A DNA stretch of 51,754 nucleotides from Bacteroidales bacterium (GTDB lineage: Bacteria > Bacteroidota > Bacteroidia > Bacteroidales > CAIWKO01), in NCBI GenBank assembly GCA_035389045.1, contig DAOORA010000027.1, positions 1 through 51,754 on the forward strand, written 5' to 3'. The notes beneath the pieces were generated by a model. That model saw only the letters and a list, made by a program, of their open reading frames with translations, did not search any database and was not told where the DNA came from. Shown here one piece after another: positions 37,550-47,941 of this stretch (positions are counted from its first letter, which is position 1; each line of letters begins with the position of its first letter). Both the position numbers and the translations under genes were made by a program.

Positions 37550-39306
37550 TCGGAAAGGTAACTCAAAAAAACAATCTTGATGTTGATGAATTCGTGCTGC
37601 AACGTGATGTTATGTATAACCGCGGGCCTGACAACCCGGGTTTATTTATTGATATAAAAGAGGGCGTTGCTTTAGGATACAGAAGGCTTTCTATTGTTGA
37701 TCTAAGCGAAAAAGCCAATCAGCCCTTTGCAAATGAAAACGGTACGATTTTCCTGGTATGTAACGGTGAAATTTACAACGCCCCAGAATTAAGGAAAACT
37801 CTTTCAGCAAAAGGGCATATATTCAAAAGTTTTTCCGATAATGAAGTGATATTGCACGGATATGAAGAATGGGGCAATGACATTGTTGGAATGCTTCAGG
37901 GAATGTTTGCCTTGGGCATCTGGGATGCAAATAAAAGGCAGATGTTTATTGCCCGTGATCGTTACGGCATCAAGCCCTTATACTATGAACTGTCTGACAA
38001 CACGTTTACCTTTGCATCGAGTATAAAGGCCATAACCAGCTGTAAAAATCACCAAAAAAATATCTCTTTAGAATCCGTTTGTAATTATCTGACATATAGA
38101 TACGTGCCGTCGCCGGCAACGATTTATGAACATATATATAAAGTTGAGCCGGGATGTTTTTTAATACTGACTTCAGATTTTCATTTATCATTTGCCGACT
38201 ATTGGTCGCCGGTTTATAATCCTGTTAAAATAACAAAAGAGGAAGCGGAGGAACAGGCTTCGTTTTTACTTAAAAATGCTGTAAAAAAACATCTGCTGAG
38301 TGATGTCCCGCTTGGATGTTTTCTTAGCGGAGGCATAGATTCTTCGGCACTTGCTGTAATTTTAAAAGACCTGAAATACAACCCTCAAACATTTAGTATC
38401 GGGTTCGATGGCTGGGGGGAGAGTGAGCACTTAAGGGCAAATAAAACCGCATCAATGTTGGGATTCAGTAACGTTTTTAAAGTGTTAAATGAAGAGGATT
38501 TTTTGCCCGGAGATGTGGTTAAGGCTTTGGAGGAGCCTATTGCAGATATTTCAATCGTGCCTACTTTTTTTGTCAGTAAAATAGCATCAAATTCGGTTAA
38601 AGCCGTTTTTTCCGGCGAAGGCGCTGATGAACTTTTTGGCGGCTACGATTGGTACTACAGCACATATAATAGTTGGAGAAAAAGCAGCTTTTTCAACAGG
38701 GCTTTTGTCAACCCCAACCAAAAGGCTTGGGATGTCTATAAAAAATACATGGAAATGGGGCGTTTTGATAACAAAGAACTGAAAAAATTATTTAATGAAG
38801 ATTATCATAAAATTATTCCGGAAGATTCGGACTGGTTTTACAGGAAACACTTTGACAACAGCCTGCCCTTTCCCAAATCCTTACAAAAGCTGGATGTCAG
38901 ATGTTTCATGGGAGAACTCGTTTTAAATAAGGTGGATAAGGCTTCCATGGCGAATTCTTTGGAGGTGAGAGTACCCTACCTGGATAATAGTTTGTTTGAT
39001 TTTGTTTTTAATTTAAAACCACAGTTTTATTTTACCCCTCCCTTAAGAAAACCACTGCTGGCAACTATCAGCAATATAAAAAAATTCATACCTGATATCG
39101 CGGAAAGAAAAAAGCAGGGATTTGTTGGCCCCGATTCATATTATCATCGCTCAGAATTTTTTTCTACTGTCTTAAATCATTCCATTTTGGTAAAGAAAGG
39201 GATTTTTAATAAAAAGCATATAGATTCGTTAATTGAGGGGAACGATTACTGGCGGATATGGAAATTAGTTATTTTAGATTTATGGCTAAGAGAAAATATA
39301 AATTGA
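37537..39306 (+). CDS. asnB: Asparagine synthase (glutamine-hydrolysing)-family amidotransferase
   Basis: MCGI N-terminus, RGPD, RRLSIVDL, NGEIYN, ARDRYGIKPLYY, LSGGIDSS, SGEGADELFGGY, SLEVRVPYLD. In this context probably a glycan amidotransferase. Confidence 0.92.
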   Translation: MCGIIGKVTQKNNLDVDEFVLQRDVMYNRGPDNPGLFIDIKEGVALGYRRLSIVDLSEKANQPFANENGTIFLVCNGEIYNAPELRKTLSAKGHIFKSFSDNEVILHGYEEWGNDIVGMLQGMFALGIWDANKRQMFIARDRYGIKPLYYELSDNTFTFASSIKAITSCKNHQKNISLESVCNYLTYRYVPSPATIYEHIYKVEPGCFLILTSDFHLSFADYWSPVYNPVKITKEEAEEQASFLLKNAVKKHLLSDVPLGCFLSGGIDSSALAVILKDLKYNPQTFSIGFDGWGESEHLRANKTASMLGFSNVFKVLNEEDFLPGDVVKALEEPIADISIVPTFFVSKIASNSVKAVFSGEGADELFGGYDWYYSTYNSWRKSSFFNRAFVNPNQKAWDVYKKYMEMGRFDNKELKKLFNEDYHKIIPEDSDWFYRKHFDNSLPFPKSLQKLDVRCFMGELVLNKVDKASMANSLEVRVPYLDNSLFDFVFNLKPQFYFTPPLRKPLLATISNIKKFIPDIAERKKQGFVGPDSYYHRSEFFSTVLNHSILVKKGIFNKKHIDSLIEGNDYWRIWKLVILDLWLRENIN

Positions 39307-40517
39307 AGAATATTACAATTCTTTTTTTATTATTATTAACTTTTGGGAATATTTTATCATCACAAAATTTTTCTTATGATTCATCCAAAGGTAATTTCCA
39401 CAAGTACAGTATTAAAATTGAAAACACAAGTAATCATCCCTTAGAAATTACAAACATTTGGGATTCTGTTTTTTTTACTTCAGAAAATGACATAATAACT
39501 TATATTAACAAGAAATACTCTGAAATAAATGAAGATTACATCAGAGCATGGAGTTTTATGATAGATTACACCTGGAATGTTGGCATGCCTATCACTGCTG
39601 ATGAATGGTATCATGATCCCTTACTCTTTATTAACTCCTTTGGTTCGGGTTATTGTTATGACAGATCGGTTGTATTAGCCAAAATATGGAATTTTATGGG
39701 GTATAAATCAAGATTGTGGAATTTATCAGATGTACATAGCGTTCCGGAAATTTATATAGCTGATCATTGGGAAATGTATGACCCTACATATCGTTGTTTT
39801 TACAGCGATAGTTCAGGAAATGTTTTAGGAGTATCCGATGTTGTTAAACAGCCAGATTATATTATTAAACCGGGTTTTCATAATCAGAGAGAAAAATCGT
39901 TTTGGTCGAAAATGATGGGGTATTCAAATAAAACAAAAAATATATATCTGAAAAACGAAAACAAAGCCGTTGAAGTTTCTTTACATGATAAAACCGCTAC
40001 AGACCTCCATCCATCAATTATTTTACCACAAAATTCGTATATTATCCTACCAGTTTACTCTGGCTTGCCTGCAGAGAGAAAATATCCTAATAATGAAGAT
40101 AAATCAACCATTGCTTATGCCGACCTTGCTTTTTATTTACCTGCCGGACAAACAGGAGATGTCATTTTTCCGTTGATTTTTCACGGAGCTCGATCTAAAG
40201 ATGCCGTGTTTGAATTTATTAATGAGAAAGTTCATTTAACTTCTGAATCTGAAAGATATTTGCCTGGCAGCTACGAACCCAATGTGAAAATCAAAATTTC
40301 AGAAAACAAAGACGGCATCTGGTTTTATTACTATGTAAATCCGCTTTTACTTGAAAAAGAACCCATTAATATTATCTGGGACAGTACAGATGTTGTTATT
40401 CATAAAGTAAAACTCCCCCCTGCTCAAAGGGTTGTAGTTCCATATTTGGAAGACATCAATAAACCGTTGGAACAGGTGCTGATAAAAATGGTTCGATATT
40501 TAATAAGAATGATATAA
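39303..40517 (+). CDS. Secreted transglutaminase-like (Cys-His-Asp) protein
   Basis: TTG 39303 overlapping the asnB stop gives a signal-peptide-like N-terminus (LKNITILFLLLLTFGNILSSQ); GYCYDRS, HSVPE, WEMYDPT triad motifs. Confidence 0.65.
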   Translation: MKNITILFLLLLTFGNILSSQNFSYDSSKGNFHKYSIKIENTSNHPLEITNIWDSVFFTSENDIITYINKKYSEINEDYIRAWSFMIDYTWNVGMPITADEWYHDPLLFINSFGSGYCYDRSVVLAKIWNFMGYKSRLWNLSDVHSVPEIYIADHWEMYDPTYRCFYSDSSGNVLGVSDVVKQPDYIIKPGFHNQREKSFWSKMMGYSNKTKNIYLKNENKAVEVSLHDKTATDLHPSIILPQNSYIILPVYSGLPAERKYPNNEDKSTIAYADLAFYLPAGQTGDVIFPLIFHGARSKDAVFEFINEKVHLTSESERYLPGSYEPNVKIKISENKDGIWFYYYVNPLLLEKEPINIIWDSTDVVIHKVKLPPAQRVVVPYLEDINKPLEQVLIKMVRYLIRMI

Positions 40518-40549
40518 TGTAATCAGGGCTAATATAACATCAGGATGAA

Positions 40550-41920
40550 ATGATATTTAATATTTACAGTAAGCAATATGGGGATTATAATTCTTTCCGG
40601 GCAGAAAAAGAGAAAAAATATCTGTGCCATGCCCCTTTCAGAAACATCCTTTTTATTCAGGGTGGGAATATAATGGCCTGTCATTTCAACCGCAGTTATA
40701 TTTTGGGGAATTATCCTTCTCAAACCCTCACAGATATTATCAACGGCAACACATTAAAGGCATTAAAAAACAAATTAAAGAATTATCATTTTCCTGACAG
40801 TTGTTTTTTCTGCAAAAACGAAATTGATAACAACCGCTTTTACCAGGCAGGTTGTAAAAAATATGATTATTTATCTGAGTTTTCAAGGAAGAATAAAATC
40901 ATATCCATGGAATTTCAAACTTCTAACGTCTGTAATCTGGAATGTATTATGTGCAGCGGAGAGTATTCTTCCCTGGTAAGAAAAAACAGGGAGTTAGGGC
41001 CGCCCTGTTCCAATCCCTATGATGATAATTTTATTAAACAATTAATTCCATATCTGAATCAGTTGGAATTTGCAAGTTTTACGGGAGGAGAGCCTTTTCT
41101 AAATCCATTGTATTATGAAATCTGGAAAAAAATAAAAGAGACAAATCCGCACCTTCATATTACCGTTTCAACAAACGGAACTGTCCTTAATAACAAAATC
41201 AGGCAGATTTTTGATTCATTATATATGGAGTTGACTGTTTCCATAGATACGCTGGACAAAGACACATATAACAAAATAAGAATCAATGCAGATTTTGATG
41301 CAACGATGGATAACATTAAATGTTTTTTAAATGAATCTGTTAAAAAAAACCGAATCTTTTCGGTCAAAAGTGTTATCATGAAACAAAATATTCATCAGAT
41401 CCCCGAACTATTTGAGTATTTCAATGAAAGGAATGTACAGATATACCCCAAACTAATATGGGCTCCTGTGGATTTATCTTTGCGGTATGCAACCGCCAAA
41501 GAATTTGATGAATATATAGCTGTATTAAAAAAATGTGTTTTAATATCAGGCTCTGATATGCAAAAATTCAATTGTATACGATATAATGAAATTATTGCAA
41601 CACTTGAGAAATGGAAAGAAGATGCAACGGGAGTGAGCAGAGAAAAACTTTTGAAATGCACGTTTGAGGAACTCATCGTTCAGCTCCGTCAATTATTGAC
41701 TGATTTTGTAACCCATGATGAGATGACTGGTTATGAAAAGCGTAACGAACTGCTTAGCCATATTGATAAATTACATTCTTTCATTCTTTCATTGAATAAA
41801 TCTCCGGAAGATAACAAAGAACTATTATCGGGAATTTTAAGCCTGCCGAATCATATGATAGTCAATGAATTTTATCGGATGAACCCTGAAATGTTTATTA
41901 ACCGGTTGATGAAAAACTAA
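40550..41920 (+). CDS. Radical SAM protein with N-terminal twitch/SPASM-like domain
   Basis: CHAPF...AC...CFFC then CNLECIMC, TGGEPF, STNGT. Confidence 0.88.
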   Translation: MIFNIYSKQYGDYNSFRAEKEKKYLCHAPFRNILFIQGGNIMACHFNRSYILGNYPSQTLTDIINGNTLKALKNKLKNYHFPDSCFFCKNEIDNNRFYQAGCKKYDYLSEFSRKNKIISMEFQTSNVCNLECIMCSGEYSSLVRKNRELGPPCSNPYDDNFIKQLIPYLNQLEFASFTGGEPFLNPLYYEIWKKIKETNPHLHITVSTNGTVLNNKIRQIFDSLYMELTVSIDTLDKDTYNKIRINADFDATMDNIKCFLNESVKKNRIFSVKSVIMKQNIHQIPELFEYFNERNVQIYPKLIWAPVDLSLRYATAKEFDEYIAVLKKCVLISGSDMQKFNCIRYNEIIATLEKWKEDATGVSREKLLKCTFEELIVQLRQLLTDFVTHDEMTGYEKRNELLSHIDKLHSFILSLNKSPEDNKELLSGILSLPNHMIVNEFYRMNPEMFINRLMKN

Positions 41921-41926
41921 AAAAGT

Positions 41927-43246
41927 ATGTCTTTTTTAAGCAAAATAAAAAATAAAAACAGCATACGTTCCTATCAATCCTGTAAGGCTGCCGAAAAAAG
42001 TATGCGTTTTGGGCCCGGAGGCAGGGTCTCCGTTTGTTGTCATAACAACCGCGATATCATCGGAGTGTTTCCTGCGGATCGTATTATGGAAATATGGAAT
42101 GGAGATAAAGCGTTGGCATTGCGAAAAATATTGTTAAAAAAATTTGCTGAGGGGTGCGATTACTGTAAATACGAAAGCCTTTCAGAACACAGGTACCGGA
42201 GTGCGGCATTATACGACAGGTACGAACCAGACCCAGACTATCCTGTTATTCTGGATTTCAAGGCCGATAATCGTTGTAATCTTGGTTGTATTATGTGTTC
42301 GGGATTATCATCATCTAAATTGCTGAACGATGAAAAAATGCAAAAAACAAACCCTTATGAAACTCCTGAATTTATTCAACAACTGAAAAAACTGATACCA
42401 AAAATTAAAGAAGCCCGTTTCAGTGGCGGCGAACCGTTTTTGTCTGAATTATATTACCAAATCTGGGACCTCATCACAGAATTAAATCCTGAGTGTAAAA
42501 TTGTAGTTCAGACCAACGGCACCATTCTTAATGACAGAGTCAGGGAGCTATTGAACAGAGGAAATTTCCACATAAATATCTCTATTGATTCTTTTGAAAA
42601 AAACACGTATGAAAAAATCAGAATTGGCAGTTCATTTGAAAACGTATTAAGCAATATTAGTTTTTTTCAGGAATACTGCCTCTCTCAGAATCGTTTCTGG
42701 GGTATGACTGCCTGTGCGATGATAGAAAACATGAAAGAATTTAATAAGATCATTACAACATGGAATAATTATAAGGCATTTGGATGGTTTAGCGTTGTTT
42801 GGTTTCCTCCAAAACATGCAATTTGGACATTGAACACGAATGAAATAAAAGATACAATAGCCTTGTTAAATTCTATGAATAGTCCTGCTGAAAATGGTTT
42901 TGAGATCAATAATAAAAATGCCGGAATGGTTTTAAAAAACATGCTAACACAACAGTTATCGATTTCCGGGTCTCAAAATGATCCAAAGAACTATATCAGC
43001 AGTGAAAACTTTGAAAAATTAATCATTTCAGGCTTTTCAGCATCAGTAAAACAAAACCCTGTTTTCAAAGACCTGCAGGTTCGTATTATGGAGTATTTTG
43101 CAGATAATCAGCAAAGCATGTATAGTAAAGAGAGTTACAAAAAAATTCGTAATTTTACTTCTGATGAGTATTTTTTAGAAATTCTTGAATTAATGGACCA
43201 AAATAGTATTAGCAGTTTATTTGATTGTTTTAAAGTTCCCCGCTGA
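41927..43246 (+). CDS. Radical SAM protein with N-terminal twitch/SPASM-like domain
   Basis: CKAA...VCCHN...CDYC then CNLGCIMC, SGGEPF, QTNGT. Confidence 0.88.
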   Translation: MSFLSKIKNKNSIRSYQSCKAAEKSMRFGPGGRVSVCCHNNRDIIGVFPADRIMEIWNGDKALALRKILLKKFAEGCDYCKYESLSEHRYRSAALYDRYEPDPDYPVILDFKADNRCNLGCIMCSGLSSSKLLNDEKMQKTNPYETPEFIQQLKKLIPKIKEARFSGGEPFLSELYYQIWDLITELNPECKIVVQTNGTILNDRVRELLNRGNFHINISIDSFEKNTYEKIRIGSSFENVLSNISFFQEYCLSQNRFWGMTACAMIENMKEFNKIITTWNNYKAFGWFSVVWFPPKHAIWTLNTNEIKDTIALLNSMNSPAENGFEINNKNAGMVLKNMLTQQLSISGSQNDPKNYISSENFEKLIISGFSASVKQNPVFKDLQVRIMEYFADNQQSMYSKESYKKIRNFTSDEYFLEILELMDQNSISSLFDCFKVPR

Positions 43247-44706
43247 TGCATCCCGGATTTAAAAAAAATATCGCCAACCTAATTAAAGCCGGAAATAATT
43301 TCGCATACCTTTTTCGTAAAAACACTTCTGATAAATCTGATTACCAACCGATTCCCTATAATATTATTCATTCATTTAATAAAACAAGAACGTTAGGAGC
43401 TCAGCGCTATTTATGTTACGCTCCCTTCACGATGATGTATTTTGCTTTTAATGGCGAAGTAATTGCATGTTGCCATAACCGCAAGCATATTTTAGGAAAA
43501 TATCCCGGACAAAATATCAAAGAAATCTGGGAAGGAACAGAATTTAATAAATTAAGAGAATATATCCGGAATGATGACCTCTCTTTTGGTTGCGATGTCT
43601 GTAAATATGCCTTACTGGCTGAAAATTTCGACGGAGCTAAAAACGGGCTTTATGACCGCTACCGTGTAAAAAAATATCCGCAAATAATGGAGTTTGAATT
43701 GGATAACAGGTGTAATTTATCATGCATCATCTGTAACGATCTTTTCAGTTCTTCCATTGAAAAAGAAATGCATGGCAATAAAACGGAATCACCATACGAT
43801 GAGAATTTTGTCAAACAGATTATTCCATATTTAACTCATCTTAAACAGGCAAAGTTTTACGGCGGTGAGCCTTTTTTGATAAACATATATTATGACATCT
43901 GGGAAAAAATGCTTGAAATAAATCCGAAGATCGAAATTGTGATACAAACCAATGGTACTATTCTGAATGACCGTATAAAAAAATTAATGGAACGGGGCCG
44001 TTTTCATATTAATATTTCCATTGACTCTCTGAATAAGGAGAATTTTGAAAAAATCAGAAAGAATGCCGATTACAAACAAACAATGAATAATGTTGCCTGG
44101 TTTAAAGAATTTTCTGAACACAGCCATACGCATATTGGTATCATACCTACTCCCAACCGGCTTAATTGGCCGGATCTGCCGGAACTGGTCAATTGGGCAG
44201 GTTCAATAGGGGCAAAAGTTTATTTCAACACCCTGATCACTCCTTTGGATCTGGCCCTGTGGAATTTGCCTTCTTCTGAACTGGAAATTTTATATAATGA
44301 ACTTTCAAACAGGTTAATAGATACCAACAGCAGAATAGCAAAGGAAAATGCCCGTCATTATAATGACTTTTTAAAACAAATTCAGGCCTGGGGAGTAAAA
44401 AATAAAGCGGTTGCCTCTAATAAAACAAAAATAAGTAGTAACCAACTCAATGAAATCAGGGACCAGTTTTTAATACATCTTCAAAATGCACTTAAAGCAC
44501 AAAACCAGGCCGATTTGTTTTCCTTGTTTGAACAGGTGTACTTATCCTTAGACGACTATAGAAATAAAGAGTTTTTTTTCTTAGCCATAAATAAAGCGCC
44601 CATGGAAAAAGTCATTGAAGAACTGGCCACAAGAGATGTTGAGCATTTAAAAAAACTTATGGGGAAGAAAATCTATGAGGGTTCCAATGAATTTGAATTA
44701 ATATAA
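43246..44706 (+). CDS. Radical SAM protein with N-terminal twitch/SPASM-like domain
   Basis: CYAPF...ACCHN...CDVC then CNLSCIIC, YGGEPF, QTNGT. Confidence 0.88.
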   Translation: MHPGFKKNIANLIKAGNNFAYLFRKNTSDKSDYQPIPYNIIHSFNKTRTLGAQRYLCYAPFTMMYFAFNGEVIACCHNRKHILGKYPGQNIKEIWEGTEFNKLREYIRNDDLSFGCDVCKYALLAENFDGAKNGLYDRYRVKKYPQIMEFELDNRCNLSCIICNDLFSSSIEKEMHGNKTESPYDENFVKQIIPYLTHLKQAKFYGGEPFLINIYYDIWEKMLEINPKIEIVIQTNGTILNDRIKKLMERGRFHINISIDSLNKENFEKIRKNADYKQTMNNVAWFKEFSEHSHTHIGIIPTPNRLNWPDLPELVNWAGSIGAKVYFNTLITPLDLALWNLPSSELEILYNELSNRLIDTNSRIAKENARHYNDFLKQIQAWGVKNKAVASNKTKISSNQLNEIRDQFLIHLQNALKAQNQADLFSLFEQVYLSLDDYRNKEFFFLAINKAPMEKVIEELATRDVEHLKKLMGKKIYEGSNEFELI

Positions 44707-44769
44707 AAATTCACTGTTGTCCGGTAAAAATATTTTAAATATGCTGAATAGCTTTATTTTCAAAACATT

Positions 44770-44926
44770 TACAACATATCGCCACCTACGGGGCTTTATT
44801 TTTCATTGTAATGTTTTTTCTACCAATATGCCGCCTCTAACGGTGCTAAAAAAGTTCCAAAGGTCTATAATATTATCATAATGAATAATTTACCAATTTA
44901 TGAAAGCGTCGCAGGTACGAAATATT
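44770..44926. repeat. Degenerate REP-like doublets in opposite orientations
   Basis: TACAACATATCGCCACCTACGGGGCT and CTACCAATATGCCGCCTCTAACGGTGCT, followed by reverse-type units ending in AATATT (44852-44874, 44904-44926). Confidence 0.5.
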
Positions 44927-44932
44927 ACATAT

Positions 44933-45079
44933 GGGCACCTCTAAAAACTTCAAATTTCTTCGTTCATCTTCGTTCTTCAAATCCTCATGTACGCTCAGTA
45001 CACTGCGGTTTTCAGAACTTCGACTGCCTCGAACTTTTTTGTTTTTAGAGGCGCCCGATCAAGGTTATTAGAGATGCCC
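44933..45079. mobile_element. MITE-like element with duplicated right end
   Basis: Left GGGCACCTCTAAAAAC; right copies GTTTTTAGAGGCGCCC (45041-45056, 15/16) and TTAGAGATGCCC (ends 45079); ATAT on both flanks. Confidence 0.7.
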
Positions 45080-45117
45080 ATATTTAAAAATTAACCGGAC
45101 AATAATGATAAAAATTA

Positions 45118-46497
45118 ATGATGATCACCTTCATAAATAAAATAATCCGTAACTCTTTACATAAAAAAAACAGCTTAAGCAGGATAAAACGCGGGTTTCA
45201 TTGTAAAGCGCCTTTTAACACCTTGTTTTTTTCAGTTACAGGAGAGGTTTTTCTTTGTCTTAGTAATAGGAATGATATTGTTGGGATTTATCCCCGTGAT
45301 TCCGTAAGGGAAATTTTCGAAGGAAATAACATTACACAATTACGCAAAGATTTCAGAAAAAATAAAGGATTACCGGGATGCGGATATTGTAAGGAACAAA
45401 TAAGTCTGGGTAATTACGATGCTGCTTTTACCCAGTTCAGCGAAGTAAGTTCACCAAAGGGAAAAATCACTGTTGTTGAATTTGAACTTTCAAACAGGTG
45501 TAATTTATCATGTGTAATGTGCAGTGATTTGTATTCTTCATTACACGATATCAATAAGAGATACCTATCTCCTTATGATGATGATTTTATTGTTCAGATT
45601 AAACCTTATTTAAGAGATATTAAACATGCAAATTTCAGAGGCGGAGAGCCATTTGTCATCCCTTTATATTACAAACTATGGGAGCATTTGATCTCGGAAA
45701 ACAAAAATGTAAGAATAGGCGTAACAACCAATGCCACTATCTGGTCTGAAAAAATTGAAGACTTATTGAAGAGTGGAAAATTCAATATTAGTATCTCTGT
45801 TGACACATTTAATAAATTTTTATATTCAAAAATCAGGCAGAATGGAAGTTTTGAGCATTTTACGGAAAACATCCACAAATTTATTCAATTCAGGAAAGCA
45901 GGATACTGCAATTTACATATTTGTACCTGCATCATGACAAATAACTGGATGGAAATGCCTGAAATATTCCGTTATTGTGAAAAAAATAAACTAAGAATAA
46001 GAATAAATTATGTGGAGAGTCCGGAATCACTTTCAATTAAATATGCCCCAAAACCATATATTAAAGAAATAATTCATTCTTTATCAGGATATAAAAATGA
46101 ATATCAATTTAATTTTTCTGTTTTTAATTCGATATTATCTATATTGGAACGATGGTATCTCTTGCCTGCCCGGGAGAAAAGCAGATGGGATGAAATGGAA
46201 GTAAGCAGCATTGCCCGGCAGCAATTTGAAAAGCAGAAAGACATTTTTTACATTAATTTACAAAATCGCGTTTGTAATGATACGTTTAATGAAGTAAAGC
46301 ATATTCTGGAGCCCTGCGAAACAAATCTTACCGGAGACGATGATTTGTTTTATTTTTATACCCTGTTGAATAAATTCCCAACTCAGGAAATAGTTGATAT
46401 TATAGATAAAAACTCGTTTAATAAGTATGAATTAGAAGAAAAAGTCGGAAAACTGATCGAAATTAGCAAACAGAAATTTACTATTAATAATGGCTAA
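45118..46497 (+). CDS. Radical SAM protein with N-terminal twitch/SPASM-like domain
   Basis: CKAPF...LC...CGYC then CNLSCVMC, RGGEPF, TTNAT. Confidence 0.88.
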   Translation: MMITFINKIIRNSLHKKNSLSRIKRGFHCKAPFNTLFFSVTGEVFLCLSNRNDIVGIYPRDSVREIFEGNNITQLRKDFRKNKGLPGCGYCKEQISLGNYDAAFTQFSEVSSPKGKITVVEFELSNRCNLSCVMCSDLYSSLHDINKRYLSPYDDDFIVQIKPYLRDIKHANFRGGEPFVIPLYYKLWEHLISENKNVRIGVTTNATIWSEKIEDLLKSGKFNISISVDTFNKFLYSKIRQNGSFEHFTENIHKFIQFRKAGYCNLHICTCIMTNNWMEMPEIFRYCEKNKLRIRINYVESPESLSIKYAPKPYIKEIIHSLSGYKNEYQFNFSVFNSILSILERWYLLPAREKSRWDEMEVSSIARQQFEKQKDIFYINLQNRVCNDTFNEVKHILEPCETNLTGDDDLFYFYTLLNKFPTQEIVDIIDKNSFNKYELEEKVGKLIEISKQKFTINNG

Positions 46498-47941
46498 CAA
46501 AGCATATAAATCCATTCTAAATTTTATTAAAAAAACAAACAAACAAGAAAAATTGCTTTGTTATGCCCCGTTTTATAGTTTGCTTATTGAACAACAGGGA
46601 AACCTTAAAGTTTGCTGTCATAATGTTTCCTATATACTTGGCAGATATCCCAATGACACGATTGCTGATGCTTGGTTTGGAAAGCAAAGAAAAGACATTA
46701 TCGATTGTATCAAACAGGATATCATTCCTGATTCATGCAAAGATTGTATAAGAAATGGATTAAGTATAAATCTTCCAGAAATACTTACCGAAAAAAAAGC
46801 TAAAAGAGCAATAATGAATTTTAATAATTTCCCTTTGCAGATAGATTTCATGATTGATAATACATGCAATCTGGACTGCATTATGTGCAATCCGCATGTG
46901 TCCAGCTCATCAACCTATCCAATGCCTTTTTATTCGGAAAAAACAAGATTTGAGGATGGCTTTTTTGAACAGATCAAACCTTTTTTAAAAAACGGAAAAT
47001 TTTTTGTATTTTCAGGAGGAGAACCATTTCTGATCCCAATGTATCTGAGCATGTGGGCGTATATTTCAGAAACAAATAAAACAGCAAGCATTTATGTTCA
47101 AACAAATGGAACTATCCTCAATGAGAATATTCGTAGTATAATAAAAGAATACAATCTGAGCATTGGAGTATCTATTGATTCATTGAAAAAAGAAGTTTAT
47201 GAAACAATCCGAAGAAATGCATCATTTGAGAAAACTTTCGAGAATTTGAATTTTTTTATTCAGCATTCACACACTATCGGACAGCCCATGACAATTATCA
47301 CAACCCCGATGATTTACAACGCAACAGAAATTCCCGGTATTGTTGATTTTTGTAATAAAAATAAAATAACTTTCACACTAAGTCTACTGGAAAGGCCTGC
47401 CCATCTTGCAATTTGGTCTTTACCTTCAATAGAAATCAATAAAATCATTGTTTCCAATCAAAGAGCCACATTCCCTGGCGCAGCTGATTCGCCAATAATT
47501 AACAAAAATATCGCAACATATAATAAGTATATCAAAATTTTACAAAACACTGCTAAACAAAAGAAATATCTGGAAGACAATTCCGTCGTTATTTTAAAAA
47601 ACATAAAAAAAAGAACAACGTATGTAAAAGAAAATTTTGAAAATTATATCAGATCTAACATAAATAAATACAGCCTTTCAGAAGAAGAAAAAAAAAGATT
47701 ATTCAATAGAATAATGTCGATTTCCAATAGTGTTTTTCAAAAACACTCACTACTTTTTAAAGAACCGGACATGTTATATTCTTATTTCATACAAGATAAC
47801 AGGTTAAATGGTCTTAGCAATTTAAGCAATCATAGTGATGAAGAAATTGAAATACTTTTGGATATCAAAATGAAAGAACTAAAGGTGTTATTTGATACAA
47901 ACTCCTACGATCGCATAATAGACATTGATGTTAATGAATAA
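46490..47941 (+). CDS. Radical SAM protein with N-terminal twitch/SPASM-like domain
   Basis: CYAPF...VCCHN...CKDC then CNLDCIMC, SGGEPF, QTNGT. Confidence 0.88.
   Translation: MANKAYKSILNFIKKTNKQEKLLCYAPFYSLLIEQQGNLKVCCHNVSYILGRYPNDTIADAWFGKQRKDIIDCIKQDIIPDSCKDCIRNGLSINLPEILTEKKAKRAIMNFNNFPLQIDFMIDNTCNLDCIMCNPHVSSSSTYPMPFYSEKTRFEDGFFEQIKPFLKNGKFFVFSGGEPFLIPMYLSMWAYISETNKTASIYVQTNGTILNENIRSIIKEYNLSIGVSIDSLKKEVYETIRRNASFEKTFENLNFFIQHSHTIGQPMTIITTPMIYNATEIPGIVDFCNKNKITFTLSLLERPAHLAIWSLPSIEINKIIVSNQRATFPGAADSPIINKNIATYNKYIKILQNTAKQKKYLEDNSVVILKNIKKRTTYVKENFENYIRSNINKYSLSEEEKKRLFNRIMSISNSVFQKHSLLFKEPDMLYSYFIQDNRLNGLSNLSNHSDEEIEILLDIKMKELKVLFDTNSYDRIIDIDVNE

Noticed and set aside
11489..40517. Lasso peptide system (AsnB-like cyclase + transglutaminase-like protease)
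   Set aside because: No PqqD/RRE protein or precursor seen. The transglutaminase-like protein is ~400 aa with a signal peptide, and the AsnB next to it is a canonical glutamine-dependent type.
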